From the human T2T-CHM13v2.0 reference genome, Homo sapiens, in assembly GCF_009914755.1 (NCBI RefSeq), contig NC_060937.1: a stretch of 64,000 bases of DNA; one strand, given 5' to 3'. Shown in pieces: positions 27,201-41,010 of this stretch. The position numbers were made by a program, and so were the translations under genes. Numbering within the stretch: the first letter of the stretch is position 1; each line of letters starts with the position of its first letter. Below the pieces are notes generated by a model. It saw nothing but the letters and a program-made list of their open reading frames with translations. It made no database searches and was not told the DNA's origin.

Positions 27201-29455
27201 CTAATCTGACTGTTTAATTTACAAGAAAAGGAAATATGGACACACAAAGAGACCCAAGGATGCACACAGATAGAAGAAAGATACAGCAAGAAGGCAGCCG
27301 TCTGCAAGCCAAGGAGAGGCCTCTAAAGAAACCTATCCTGCTGACACCATGATCTTCTACCTCCAGCCTCCAGAACTGTGACGAAATCAACTTCTATTGT
27401 TGAAGCCATGCTGTCTGTGGTACTTTGTAATGGCAGGCCAAGCTGACTATCAGGCCGTTGGAGCTGGGGAGGACCAGGTGCCTGAAGGAAAGTGTCAGGA
27501 TGAAAGTGGACGGAAGGCCAAAGCTTTCCAAGCCTAGGTTATTCGTAGAACCATAAATGGGTGACTTAGCCACAGTTCCCAGGAGGCGTGTCTATTCACG
27601 GGGGACTGGAGGGCAGTGCCCTGAGTCTAAGGTTCCCTTTGATTCTTAAATTTCCACAGCACATTTCCGGAAGCCAGCCTTTCACATTCCCATCTCATTT
27701 TACGCCCACCCACCCACCAGTTGTTGGGGGTCACAGTGGGTGGGTGGTCTGATGTCTGACTTGGACTCCAGATCTCGTCCGGGTATAAACTGCAGGCTGA
27801 GAATTCTTGGGAAGCCTCCAAGGCAGGACCACTATCTGTGCTCTTCCTTATCAAAGTGGAGTCATTTATATTTTAATGAGATTATTTCCCAACACAACAG
27901 TTTATCTTTCATTTCATTTATCCCTTTGCCATCTGGTCCCCTTATGTTTGCATGTAGGGCTAGTGGCTTTCTTTGTCTAAGTAGATTTGTCAATAGTTTA
28001 TAAATTTTCTTCTCATGATCATAATATTTATTTTTCACATTAGACAGACTCTTCTGGAGTCTTGGAAGAAAGAGATTTCTTTTTTTTTAATTTTAATGTC
28101 ATTCTTTAACCTGTAATTTTTGTTTCTGGGAAATGTGTTTTCAAAAAGTAATTAATTAATTAAAATGAATGAGCAAAAGTTTCCAGACCAATATATTTTC
28201 TGGTTCTATTTGCTACTGGATAACCCTAACAAATATTTTACTTAAGGGACTAAATCAAGCTCGCCTAATAGCAAATGGTACAGATGCAATGAAAGTGGCC
28301 TAGCTTCCCTCTAAACTGAAATCCAAATCTGGGCAAATTCTATGTTCTGGAGATATTTATTTTTATCTGTTTTCAGTCTCTTGCTGTAAAGTTCTTATCT
28401 TAAAGCTACTTAGCTCCTCTTTTTTTGGCCCCCTCCCAATTACTCTTGGCCTTCTTAATTACTAATCCATCTCTTTCATCAGCAAAGTTGATGGACTCTA
28501 TTTACCATCCGATTATCTTAAGTTTTTTCCTCCAAGACAGGGCTTTGGCATTCCAGTCCTATTCTAATGGCTGATGGCACTACATACCTCTCAGGTGCCT
28601 GGTGGGAAGGCCAGCCATGCCCATTGGCCTTGCCTTCTCTTGACCCAAAAAGCTCCATTAGGCCAGAAAATAGCTCTGGCCTATTCCTCAACATATCCCC
28701 AGCACCAGCCCCTGCCTAGTACACACTGAGTGTTCAATAAATAAATGAATGAACTGCCTTGTTTTCTAACACACCAACACATGCAATAATATAAACAGAG
28801 ACTGAAACATGCTTTATAGGTGAAATACAACAAAAGATTGATGTTCAGACCTTTCTGAGAAAAAGTGATTAAAAAATCAGCAATATCTTTTATTCATATG
28901 CTTCGTAGTTTCTAAGGGGCTTTGAATCTCCTGTGAGATTTATATCAACAACCCCATTTTAAGGACAAAGGAAGCCTCACAAGAATTTTGTGAGATTTAA
29001 ATAAATCATGTATGTAAAATCCTTACCACAAAGACTGACATGTAGTAAGAACTTTGGAAACAGTTGATGGTCTATCCTTTTTCTCTATCGAGAGTTTAAA
29101 GAACTAGTACATGATGGATTCCGATCCAGAAGTCAGGTTTCATGTTTCCTAGCCTGTTACACTTCCTGCCATACCTCAGTATTCCCCCAACACTGTTCTC
29201 AGGCTCTGATAGGAATATCTTTAGGGCAGCAGTCAAGACACCCTAAGCAGACCAGTGACACTTTTCTGTCCCCATCTTAAAGGGGTGGAGGAGAGCATCG
29301 TACCCCCATGATTAAAGAGACTGACATTAAACAGCTGGACTATGGAGTGTGGGAACCATGTAAGTTTAGGGGCTAGATACCCTGCAGTGATCACTTCAAG
29401 GTTCTTGTGCTGGTTACCTGCCAGCAACTCTTATACCCCGCCCTCCCAAAAAATG

Positions 29456-29741
29456 GGCCAGGTGCAATGCCTCATGCCTATAGTCCCAGCACTTTGAGAG
29501 GCCGAGGCAGGAGGATCACTTGAGGCCAGGAGTTCGAGACCAGCCTAGGCAACATATTTTTCTCTACAAAAAAATTAAAACTCAGCTGGGCATGGTGGCA
29601 CGCCTGTAGTCCCAGCTACTCAGGAGGCTGGGAGGATCACTTGAATCAGGGAGGTGGAGGCTGTAGTGAGCTGTGATTGTGCCACTGTACTCTAGCCTGG
29701 GCAACAGAGTAAGACCCTGTCTCAAACAAACAAGCAAAAAA
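29456..29741 (+). mobile_element. Alu (AluJ-like)
   Basis: 'ggaggatcacttgaggccaggagttcgagaccagcc' and 'gtgagctgtgattgtgccactg'. Confidence 0.9.
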
Positions 29742-30899
29742 TGAAGTGAGGCTTTTAAAACCTGGGAACTGAAGCAGAAAGCCATGCATCACTAGAATAC
29801 AGTGATACCGTTCAAGCTTCTCTTCCATATAATAAATGCATCACTGAGTTGCCATTAGACTGCTATGCCAATGATGAATGATAACACTGTGTCCCCTGTG
29901 GGCGAGGGGAACCTGAATCCATGCATCATTTTGAGATGTGGCTTGAGGTTTTGGTCTGGCATGCCCTTTCTCTGGATATTTGAGAAAGGCAGAAATCATT
30001 TAAATAGCATCTCATTTTCCAAAGCCCATCTTCTAAAAGTCATGCTGATTTCACCCTTTCTTCCCTGGCCTTTTCCTTAGTACCATCTTCCTGAGGATAC
30101 AACTGGCCCACTCATCAGCCTTCTAGGTAAGTGGCACAGGCTCCAGCTACCTTAAGTGGACTACCTGGCTTCCCTGCTCACTGATAGGGTGTCCTGGGAC
30201 CAGGCACTCGAACTCGGTAGGGTTTAGTTTCTTTGACGGTAAAATAGAAAAGTAAGCCTGTTTCACAGCACTTCCCTGAGGATCAAATGAGGCACAGTTT
30301 GAATTGTTCCCACACAGAGTAAATAAAGGCAGGTTCCCTCCTGGCTGCAAGATAAAAAATGGGCAGGGGAATCTCCCTTGAAGAACTGGCACGCTCCTTT
30401 CTTTCAGCTAATGCCCACCAATATGTCCATTGCTGTTTGGGGTGCAAGAAATTTTAGGCTCAGTAAGGACAATTCCTCCCAATGGTTTGGATAGGGCTGT
30501 CAGAACTAAATTCAAGTTGTTCGAAGTCTCCTTCCGCCCGCCCTGCCAACTTGCCTCCCTCTTCACCCTCCTAATAGGAGGTGAGCCCCTCCAATAGCGA
30601 TCATTAACTCACCCTAAGGTTATCCCCTTGCTGCAACAACCCGTGAATTGCAGGTTCATTCAATGCTCTTTAAATTATTTTTAAAGGCTTTTTTTTTTTT
30701 TAAGTAGCAAAAGAATGCATGACACCTATTGTAAACTGGCAAGTTGAGGGGGTGGGATGCCGCTCAGACGTGTACTGAGAAAGGTGATAATGAATTTGGC
30801 GTCAGCAATTCTTCAGAAACTATAAGAAAACACCCAGGTGTTCGAATTGGTCCCAAAAGGGAAACAAATCCTTCCCAGCTTTCACGATGCGCTGAGGTT

Positions 30900-31760
30900 G
30901 GTTTTCTCAGTGCTCCTCCCAGATCAGGAGGTGGGGAACCTCGTGGCAAGCCCTGGGGCTCGGGATTCCCGGACTGTGGGCCTGGGGGAGAGAGGCGGCT
31001 CTCGTGTGCACACTTACCCCGCCCCCACAACACACACGCGGTCACGCACCACAGACGGGCACACGCGCTCAGCACAGCCACAGTCGCGTGCAACCAGGAG
31101 TGCACACCGCACCCACATCACACCGCATGCACAGACGCACGGGTGTGAGACCACACACCTCGGCCACTCACGCTCACACGCCCCCCACGCGCTCGCACAC
31201 GCGCTCGCACGCGCACTCCCCGCGCACCGCCGCGCGCACACGCGGGTCCCGCCGGACGGCGAGGGGCGGGGCGGGCGCGGGCGCAGGCGCGGGTGCCCAG
31301 CCGGGCGCGGCCGGGAGAGGGCGCGGCGCGGGGTTCGCGGCTGGCGCTTGAGTTGTTTGCCGGCTCCCGGGCCGCCAGACGCTCGGAGGGAGCCCGGCCG
31401 GCTCGGACTGGGCGGCCGGGAGGGAGGGCGCCCCGGGTCACGACGGCGCCCGCAAGCCGAGCGCGGCCGGGACGTGCACCATGGACCCAAAGGCGGGCGG
31501 CGGCGGCGAGGAGGACGACTGCGTGGACTCGGGCGCCGAGACCGGAGGGTGAGCCGCGCCGGGCCGGGCCGCGGGCGGGGGGCGCTCTCCGAGTTGCGCG
31601 GCGGCTCCTCCCCGGACGGGGACCCTCCTGATCCGTGCGACGGGACCGGGGCGCGGGGCTTCTCCTCCTGCCGGATCCCCCGCTCCCTCCTGGGCGGGCC
31701 GCGCTGCCCTGGGCAGGGCGGGCACCACCCGGGGGGAGGAAAGTGGAAGGACTCAAGGTT
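30900..31760 (+). promoter_or_regulatory. FAM124A: CpG-island promoter / 5' UTR of FAM124A
   Basis: Very GC- and CpG-dense. GC box ggggcgggg at 31263-31271; NRF1-like gcgcaggcgc at 31281-31290; no TATA box; encloses the start codon. Confidence 0.9.
31481..31548 (+). CDS. FAM124A: FAM124A coding exon 1 (MDPKAGGGGEEDDCVDSGAETG-G)
   Basis: Kozak context gcaccATGG; donor AGG|gtgagc at 31549; 68 nt, phase 2, joins exon 2 in frame. Confidence 0.92.
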
Positions 31761-33156
31761 CAGTGCAAGCCCACCCATCCTGTGAGGCGATGCAGAGCGC
31801 CAGGCGGATGCAAAGAGCCCTTGTCTGCATCGCTAGAGACAGGAGATGCTCTTGCACTTGTTTCCTCCTTCCTCGGGGACTTTCCTCCTGTAGCTCCGGA
31901 GCCCCCTGGAGTCCGGCCCTGGAGATCGGGAGAGGAGGAAAAGCAGGGTGGGACACCCGCACCTAAAAGTCTTTCCGAAGTCGGCTAGGAGGATGGCATT
32001 TCTCGTTATATGGCTTCATCGTGGGACTTTAATCTGTGCTGCCGAGTCCCCCTCCCCGACTCCTCCAGTCCCGCCGAACTTCCTCACCTCTAAGTGCACC
32101 TGTCCCAGCTGGACCCTTTGGCCTGTTGTACCGGCGGGATGGAGATGGTGTTGGGATTAGGATCTAGCCCTGCCTTTTTTTTTTTTAATATTCTCTTCGC
32201 TTCAGCGGACTCAAACAATGGGCTCAAACCTTTGGAGACTAATTAGTTAGTCTCCAAACACTGTTTTCCTGAGCGGAACAAAAGACAAAATGCCTTTTAG
32301 GAGATGAATGTCGTTATAAAGGCTTCCAGGCAGCCTCTGTCTCTAAAGGACTTTCCTGTGCAGAGTCAGCACCACATCCAGGCCGCGGGTACTGACCCAG
32401 GAGGAAAGGGTGTTTTTTCCTATCTGGAGTAATCCTGGGGGAGGGCGGGAGCTGCCTAGACTACAGAAAGCCTCATTCCTGGAAGGTCGGAGAGGTTTTA
32501 GACTAATCTCAGGATTTGGCAACCCTGTGAGGGCAGGTAGAGAATCCAGGCCCACGATCGACCCAGAGTTCTAACCCAACCCCGGCAAAGCTCCCCACAG
32601 GGCCCCTCCTGCCCCACCACTCCTAGCCCAAATGCGGGACTTTACTCCCTAGGGCATTCACCCAGCAATGGGCTTTCTCTGTTATCCAAACTTATTCATA
32701 GCTCTCTACAGCACCCAATTATAATCTGGTGGAGTAACCTGATGCTAAATGCCAAACTTCCTTTCTTCTTCCCACTCTTTGTGTAAGTGGCATTTATCAA
32801 CTTTAACTGAAGATTATTGGCTTTTTTTTTCTGCCATTAGTTAGCTGGACCATGAATAGAAGAAACAAAGCAAAATTAACCAGCTTATTTGTAACTGCGT
32901 TAAATAAAGCATTCACTAGTCTATTCATTTTCAATTTGCAGAACTCACCTAAAACTGATATTTTTTTCAAGGGCTCTGTCTTAGAGAAGGGAGAGGAAGT
33001 CCTGGACCCAGGGGGTGACATCGCCCCAGGATCTGGACATCAGCATGACAGCGGCCAGGCCTCCTGGGAGGGGCTCCCCACTCCTGCTGACACCAGAGCT
33101 TCTGTTCTCAGCCTCTGTCACTAAAATGTGTAGTTGTAACAGGACAGAATTGTTTA

Positions 33157-33494
<338 letters not shown>

Positions 33495-34955
33495 CTAAAG
33501 GTAAAATAGCATGCATTTCAATGTATGCTAATTAGTTTTGTGTTTGCCATATATTCACAGAGCCCTTGAATTTCAGTTATCAAAAAGCTGTTCATCGTTT
33601 CCCTGCTTTTCCAGAGCTTGCCCCCACCCCTTACCCTATCCAGCTTTCACAGAGATTATGTAGAAAGCACATAGAAGACAACAAGTGTTTGCTATCGTTA
33701 GTATTTTTAAAATGCAAATCTGATCATGTCTCTCCCTTTCAAACTTTTATGGCTCTGTTATCTACAAATGCAAGGAATTTAACGTGGCCTATATGCCCTG
33801 ACTCCTGTTATGGAGTCCCTTCTTCCCTCCCTGGCCTTGTTTCTCAGCAGGTCCTTCTTTGCGCCTTGTATTTTTCTGTTTCCTCGCCTTTGTCAAGCTG
33901 CCCTCTTTGCCAGCTCTGCCCTTCCCACCTGACTTGCCTGTCTGCCAGGTGAAACTCTACTCTTCTTTCAGGACTCAGCTCAAGTGACACATCTGCTAAG
34001 GCAGTGATCCTTAATTTGGGGTCCATGAATTCCTTCCAGTTGTATGCAAAATGATGTGCTTTGTGAATTTGTATGAGAAGAGAACTTTTTTTTTTTATCA
34101 GATTCTCAAAGTAGCTGGTGATCTATTCCAAACCAAGTTTGGGCAAGATATGAGACATTTCATTTTCAACACACTGTGTCTGAGGTGTTGCAAGACATCC
34201 AAGTAAAGATGATGAATCAGCAGTTGGGTATATCTGTCTGGAACTCAGAAGGGAGGTCTTCATGATGACATTGCATTTGGGTACTATTTACCTAAAAATG
34301 GCAATGGAAGCTCTGGGAGAGACTAAATCAACTGAAGGTAACAGCAAGCACTTTCTTAGCATTTAGTATGTGCCACCTACTGTTCTAAGCCTTTATGTAT
34401 TTCATGGACTCCTCGAATCCTTCAACAACTCTGTGCAGCAGGTGCTCTTTAAGACCAGCCTTGAGAAACTATATTTAAATGCCCAGTCAATGAGAATGAG
34501 CTGATAAAGGAGCCTGAGAAAGAGTAGACTTGGAGTCAAAGAAAGAAGAATATGAATCATTGAAGCCAAGGGAGGTTTGAGTTTTTGAGAAAGGAAGGAG
34601 AGATCAACTATGCTACTGAGAAACTAATGAAGATGAGGAACGCTAAATGTCTTTTTTAAATGGAGATGATGAAGTGAAGGAAGAGTGGTATTTCACAGCG
34701 GGGTGGTGGAGGCAGGAGCCAGATTAGAGTGGCTCTAGAAGGCAGTAGAAGGTGAAGAAAAGGAGACAGGTGGATTCCTTTGTCTGGAAAAAGGAGAGGC
34801 AAAAAGAGGCAGTAGCTAAAGGGGAGAGTGGAGTGAAGAAAGATTTCTTAAATATAGGTGCTAATTGAGCAATCAGTGTGATAGAAAGGATTCTATAGAA
34901 GGGGGAAGGAGAAGGAGGAGAAAAGATGATAATCTGTAATGTTGCTTGCTTGCTT

Positions 34956-35269
34956 TCTTTTTTTTTTTTTTTTTTTTTTTTTAACAGACAGGTCTCTCTG
35001 TCACCCAGGCTGGAGTGCATTGGTGGAATCATGGCTCACTGCAACCTCAAATTCCAAGGCTCAAGTAATCCTCCCACCTCAGCCTCCTAAGTAGCTGGGA
35101 TTACAGGCCCGCACCACCGACACCATGCCCAGCTAATTTTTTTATTTTTATAAACACAAGGTCCTGCTATGTTGCTCAGAAACTGTCTTAAACTCCTGGC
35201 CTCAAGCAGTCCTTCCACCTTGGCCTCCCAAAGCACTAGGATTATAGTTGTGAGCCACTGCTTCTGGCC
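34956..35269 (-). mobile_element. Alu (AluJ-like), intron 1
   Basis: Poly(T) followed by an antisense dimer. Confidence 0.9.
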
Positions 35270-35769
35270 CTATAGTGTCAGCATTCTGAAAAAGTGGAGG
35301 CAGATGGACTTCATACCACAGGGGGATGGATGGCTTTAGGTAGGAGGCAGGACATCCCCTCCTGCAATTAGAAGGGCAGGCAAGATGGGGTTTCTCTTTG
35401 GTGTAAATACAGCCCTCCATCATCTGAGGAGAATGGAGATTTGAATAGTTGTTTGGGGCAATGTTGAGTGGGTGCCCAGTTGAAATTTGCAATTACGTAT
35501 TTAAATAAATAACAAGGGGTACGAGTTCCCGTTGTTATTTATTTTCTCGCAGCAATGCTCAACTACCTAGGGTCAGGCAGAGAGAGAGAGTGGGTAGTTA
35601 GGATCATCAGAATTTGGGGTAAGGGGGTGTGAACAAAACACAGAAACAAGGGCTGTCAGGGTATTGCTTAAGCTGATTATCCTTTCAGTGGCATGATGGA
35701 AGAAACAGTTCCGAGAAACTTTGTGGGTCCCACTGCCAGTGGCCATGTTGGCCACTTTGAAAGTTACAG

Positions 35770-36000
35770 TCACAAGAGCCAGCCTGCTTGCATTCATATT
35801 CTGGCTCCTCCACTTAGGGACTGTGAAACCTTGATCCAGTGACTTAACCTCTCTCTGCTCTCAGTTTCCTCCTCTGTACAAGAGGGATGACGATAGTAGT
35901 ACCTACCTTCTAGGGTTGGTGTGAGGATTAAATGAGCATATATATTTAAAGCCCCTAGAACAGTGGCTGTTCAGTGTCTAGAACCCTTAGTACATGATTA
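35770..36000 (+). mobile_element. MIR
   Basis: 'gtgacttaacctctctctgctctcagtttcctcctctgta..gtacctacc..gtgaggattaaatgag'. Confidence 0.8.
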
Positions 36001-39000
36001 TTTCTCACCATACTATATTATTATTGTTATGAGGAACACTCCAAATTATAAACTTAGAGTTTTATTTAATAAAAATGGTGAACTCAAGACCATATGTTTT
36101 TCAAACTCATCACAATAGATCCTCTGTTGCTTTTAAATACCTTAAGTAATTTGATCATTCAGAGCATCTGAGAGACTACAGGGCATGCCTCAGTATTCTA
36201 ATAATTATATTTTACAGATGAGGAAATGGAGACTCAGAGGGCACATGGCTCGTTAGAGGCATGAATTGAAGCCTGGATCTCCAGTATGCTTCCCACCTAG
36301 TGAAGTTGCCTCTCCAGGAGCTGTCTGATCTGTAATTAATTCTTGTTTTCTGCTCAGACATTTTCTTTTGCTTGAAATGCTGCTGCTGCTGTCTCACCCA
36401 CCTAATACAGGCCAAGACTAAAAGCAAACTAGTATTCTTCTGTAGCAATTGATATCATTTTGAAACTCCCATTTTCCAAATCCACTTGAAAGATGCCTTG
36501 TGCTTTTATGTACTTTCTGTTAGCAAAAACTGGCAAGTCGGCTGCTGATGGTGGTAAACTATCTTAAGAAACAGAATCCCTTAAATAGAAGGACAGCCAG
36601 TTCCTTGTAAACCCAAATAAAAGCCAGTGCTTTATAATGACTGTTTCATTAGTGATGTCTTCAAGATTTGGCATGTAAGCCACTCTTTTGTATGTGATGG
36701 GTTATTTTCATTCAATAGTTTGGTCTGGCATTAATGAACTTCCACTTCCATCTCAGCTGTCACTGAGCTTCTGAACCTGTAGGGCCATACCATGCCCTGT
36801 TTCTTTGGAGGACCTCCAATTGATACTTCGCTGTGACTTAAGACATAACAAAAAATCAGGGGTCTAGACTTTAAATAGGTGGGTGGAAAAGAATAGGTGG
36901 GATGAATTTTTAAATGGGATAGGTCTTTTAAAAAGGTGAAAGGGGAAATGCTGTATAGAAGACCAGATCGTTTGTTAGTACTTTGTTATCTTTGTATTCA
37001 AGGTGGAGCTAGTTAACACTAAATTTAATTCAGTGCAATGAGGGTTAACAGAAGAAGTTCATGATGCTCAATAGCTGATGTTTTACAGAAACATCAAGAT
37101 CAATTTTACAGGAATGCCAAGATCAATTCTTATGCCATGATTTTCCTGGAAAATAATTTATTCTGTATATATGTAGTATATATATATATGTAGTATTCTG
37201 TATATATGTAGTATATCATTTGGTAGCTAGGCTGCTGTCTGATAGGGTAAACTGTCTTAAGTACAGAACCTCTATGTAATCCCTATATGTAATATTGTAA
37301 TTAATATAGACAAGGGACTGCATCTAACTTTCTGTTCATTATTGGCACAAATAGTAAATAATATTTGGAAATGTGTCTATATTTGTCAGGTGTGTGAATG
37401 TACATAATTTTTGTATTATTCTGCTCTATATCGTGTATAAATTTTTCATTCTAAATTCACCTTTCATGCTTCATTCTGGCAGGGCTGAATGTCTTATGCA
37501 TAGCCAGCTAACTAAATTCTTAAAAGGTGAGACCAATAAACAGAAATCTCAAGGCAGCTACCCTACTGCTGTTCCTCTTGCCTAAAAAAAACTTGTCCAG
37601 AGTACAGACTTGTCCAGAGAACCCTAATGAAATACCTGGTTATTCTCTGAAATGGTTTGAACCTATTTATTATGTGCAGAATTGTTTCAAGCTTTGTAGT
37701 TTGTCTTTCCTAACCGTATTTCTAGTAAATAAGCTTTTGAGGTTATTTGGAATATATTTTAAGAGCTATAAAAGTATTTATACCTCAAATCAGTCTATAT
37801 TTCCACCCATGATAATTTTTCTAAGGAAAAGAAAATAAATATAAAGCCATATTCATAAATACCTCATTGCCGTGTGTTTTGTAAAGGTGAACAACCAGGA
37901 GCGATCATTTAGCCAACAAAAGGGTTGAATAAATTATAGTGTATTAATTTAAAATGATAATTACAGGAAATGTGTAGCAGCATGTTATGATGGTATCAAG
38001 TGAAAAGAGCAATTCAAAATTGTGTCTCCATCATTATGGCAACTGTGTACAAATTGCATATACTGAGGATCAGAGGCTGGAGAGCAGTGGGAGGCTGTAG
38101 GTGACTTTCTGTGTGTTTCCGTTGTGACGGTGGACCCGGGTGAAAGTTGGACAGCAGAGCTGGGCCATCCGTCACGGAGAGAGGGGTTTGTGTTTTACAC
38201 TAGCGAGCTTGAATTTCATCCAGAGAGAGACATGATCAGATTTATCCTTTGCAAAGATTGGCTGCTGTATGTGGAGGGAACTGCAGCAGGATCAGCGTGA
38301 TTGTCAGAAGGCTGACCATTCGGCGGGCCCAACCCGGTGGTGCCCTTAGTCTCTAGAAACGTGGAGGGACTCATAGAGGGGCATCAGTTATGCCAGCACC
38401 TGTCCCAAGACACTAAAATACTGTTGCACTTTAAGATTCTTGAACTATGTTTCAAGTGTAAATTTCATTCTACATACATATCCATCTGTATGCAGATCTT
38501 TAAAATGTATGCATATGTGAATCCCATCTGCTTCAAGAGAATTTGGAAAATCCTAGCTGAAAATACACATTTTAAAGAATAAAAGAAATAGAAATATCGC
38601 CATTCTTATTGTGTGTTGTATTTGAATAGTCATGACATTTCTTTAAAGTCTGTCCATCTTAAGATGATTTTATTGTAATCAAGTTGTTTTCCTGTTGCAT
38701 CTACCACAGTGGATATTTGCTGAGCAGTCACTAAGTTTATATATAATTACATTTCCAAGTATTGTTCTAAAGTTTATGTCCTGAATGGTTCCAGAAAGAA
38801 TTTAATGCACCAGTACTGGGTTACAAATCCTGGGCTTCAGAATGTTGCTAATCCTTGACCCTCCCCTCTCTGTTGTCTCCCTTAGCTAGTATGTCACCAT
38901 GTGCTAGCCAGTCAATCCGTTCTGCCTTCGGAGTCCTTCCTCTCCACCCACCGTGCACACTCAACTTCAGTCACTAATCATTGCTCACCTCCTGGCCTCT

Positions 39001-40318
39001 GTACAGATAGTATCACTTTAATTTCCTAGTCAATAAAATATTGAATTATATATATATATATGAATGCAGTTTGTAATATATAAAGGGATATGCAAATGTT
39101 GGTAGTTGTTATTCTTTCCAGTTTTAAAATTCATTGATTCCATGACTACTAAAGTATTTCATTTGTGAAAGTGAAAACCACATGTTGTTTTCTTCCATTT
39201 TGTTCCTCGACCAATAAATCAATGCAGCATTTTGAGTGATGTAGGTTATTTTAATCAGTAAGAGGCATGCTGCTTATGATTTTTTTAAAAAGTTTTGCAT
39301 GTACTTTTTTAAATGTGGCAAGAAGTTCAATGGAGTGAAAATTGGATGATTCAGGAAAGGCAGCAGGAGACTAAGGAGATAAAAGGAATGTATATCTATA
39401 AAATTAAACATAATTAAGCAGTTTATTTGCATAACTTCGTCCCCTAACTTCCATGGCAGAATAAATCCCTACGTGCTAAAGTGATTAATTTCCTACTGAG
39501 AATGACTTTGGGACACTAGGGGAAGAAAATAAGTAGCTTCCATATCAAATTTGTTGCCAGAGAGGAAAGTCTTAACAGCTACAGAAGTAGGGCAGAAACT
39601 TACTAGAGATTAAGCAGATCCTTGGCCAGAGCCCCACTCTTACGGAGGCTGAATGCCAGCAGCTGATTTCTCAGCATAGAAACTGAAAGGGCGATTTCAC
39701 CCCAGCCTTAGCCTGCCTTTTCCCTTTCCCGATCACAGCTCACATCCTGTTACTCTAATATCCAGCAGGCTTTCTTCTCAGATGGAACTGAAATCAGTGG
39801 AAATATCATTGTGCCTTTGTTTCCTGGTGGTCAGCCCCACCTTGAATGTGGAAACCTTCGCAGCTGAGGTTCCCTCTCTCCTCGCGCTGGGATCCTCTGC
39901 TTATGTTAGCAAAGAACATTTCCCCATGGTGTTGTGCGAATATTTGAAGGGTGCTCATTTGCAGTAACCTTTGGAGTGAATCTGTGAGTGGTGAATCTGT
40001 TGAAAACTTTGGGGCTTCTCCCCAGAGAAATAACCATTCAATATTTTTGCTAAACCTTTAGATGGCTTCTTCCAAACCTCATCAGAGGAATTTGCAGAAC
40101 TCACATGAGAGCCCCCAGAATTCTAAAGTTCCTTTAAAGTTTTCTTTCAAATTCAGACATAACTTTATTTTGCATAAAATGAGCCTTAGCACTGCAGTTT
40201 TTAATTGGTGACATTTCTTTACCAGCTAAATGCTACTTACCACTGACTGTTTAAAATTCTGGCTTGAATAAATCATTTGGATAAAGAATTCTACTAACGC
40301 TGAGGTCTTGTGTTTCAG

Positions 40319-40350
40319 GTCCGACTACAGCCACCTGTCCTCCACGAGCA
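40319..40350 (+). CDS. FAM124A: FAM124A coding exon 2 (32 nt; SDYSHLSSTS)
   Basis: Branch point TACTAAC at 40292-40298; acceptor tgtttcag|G; donor GCA|gtaagt. Keeps frame between exon 1 and the 60439 exon. Confidence 0.9.
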
Positions 40351-40850
40351 GTAAGTATCTTTTAAACATCCTTCAGCATTGTCTAACGGTCCCCGGAGAG
40401 GTCAGTACCCTAGAGGCCATGTGTGTACATGGTTTTATAGTAGGTAAGAATCACCAAAGCATCTTTGCCAAAGAATGTGGTACAGGATGCTGTAACTCTG
40501 GAAGTGGAGGCTTTTCCTGGAGAATCTGATCATACAGAAATTCAGCCTGAAGGATGTAACCCAGGCTTTATCAGCTGCTTGTGGATGCTTCTAGGAGCAT
40601 CATCTCTGAAGAATCTGAGGTAGCGCTTTCATTGAACAAACATCTATCAGATACCTGCTACCCTCAGGCAAACAGAAAGCTCAGAGCACAATTCCTGGAT
40701 CCCTGCAGTTGCTCCAGCTCATCTCTTGCAAAATCTCTTCCCTTGCATGTCTGCATCTGCAGGCAAATATCCTTCCCTCTCCAATGGAGGGAACATCTAT
40801 CTCTGGCAAAATCCTGCGAAGTGTGTTAACAGTTGGAACAGTTATAGCTA

Positions 40851-41010
40851 AAGTGGAAAAGTGATAGCTAAATTCCCTAATTATAACCTACATTGGTTAT
40901 ACATGCCAATACATATGTACCAATACGTATGCACATTGATATACATATATATCAGTATGTATAACCGATGTAGGTTGTAATTAGGGAATTTAGCTATTAC
41001 TTTTCCACTT
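40851..41010. repeat. 160-bp near-palindrome (54-bp arms, 3 mismatches)
   Basis: 40851-40904 is the reverse complement of 40957-41010 at 51/54 positions. Confidence 0.95.

Noticed and set aside
30744-31988. Several long overlapping ORFs (up to 315 aa) on both strands
   Set aside because: Stop-codon scarcity in a CpG island; low-complexity Arg/Gly/Pro/Ala products.
37159-37216. Repeated tattctgtatatatgtagta units
   Set aside because: Ordinary AT-rich slippage duplication.
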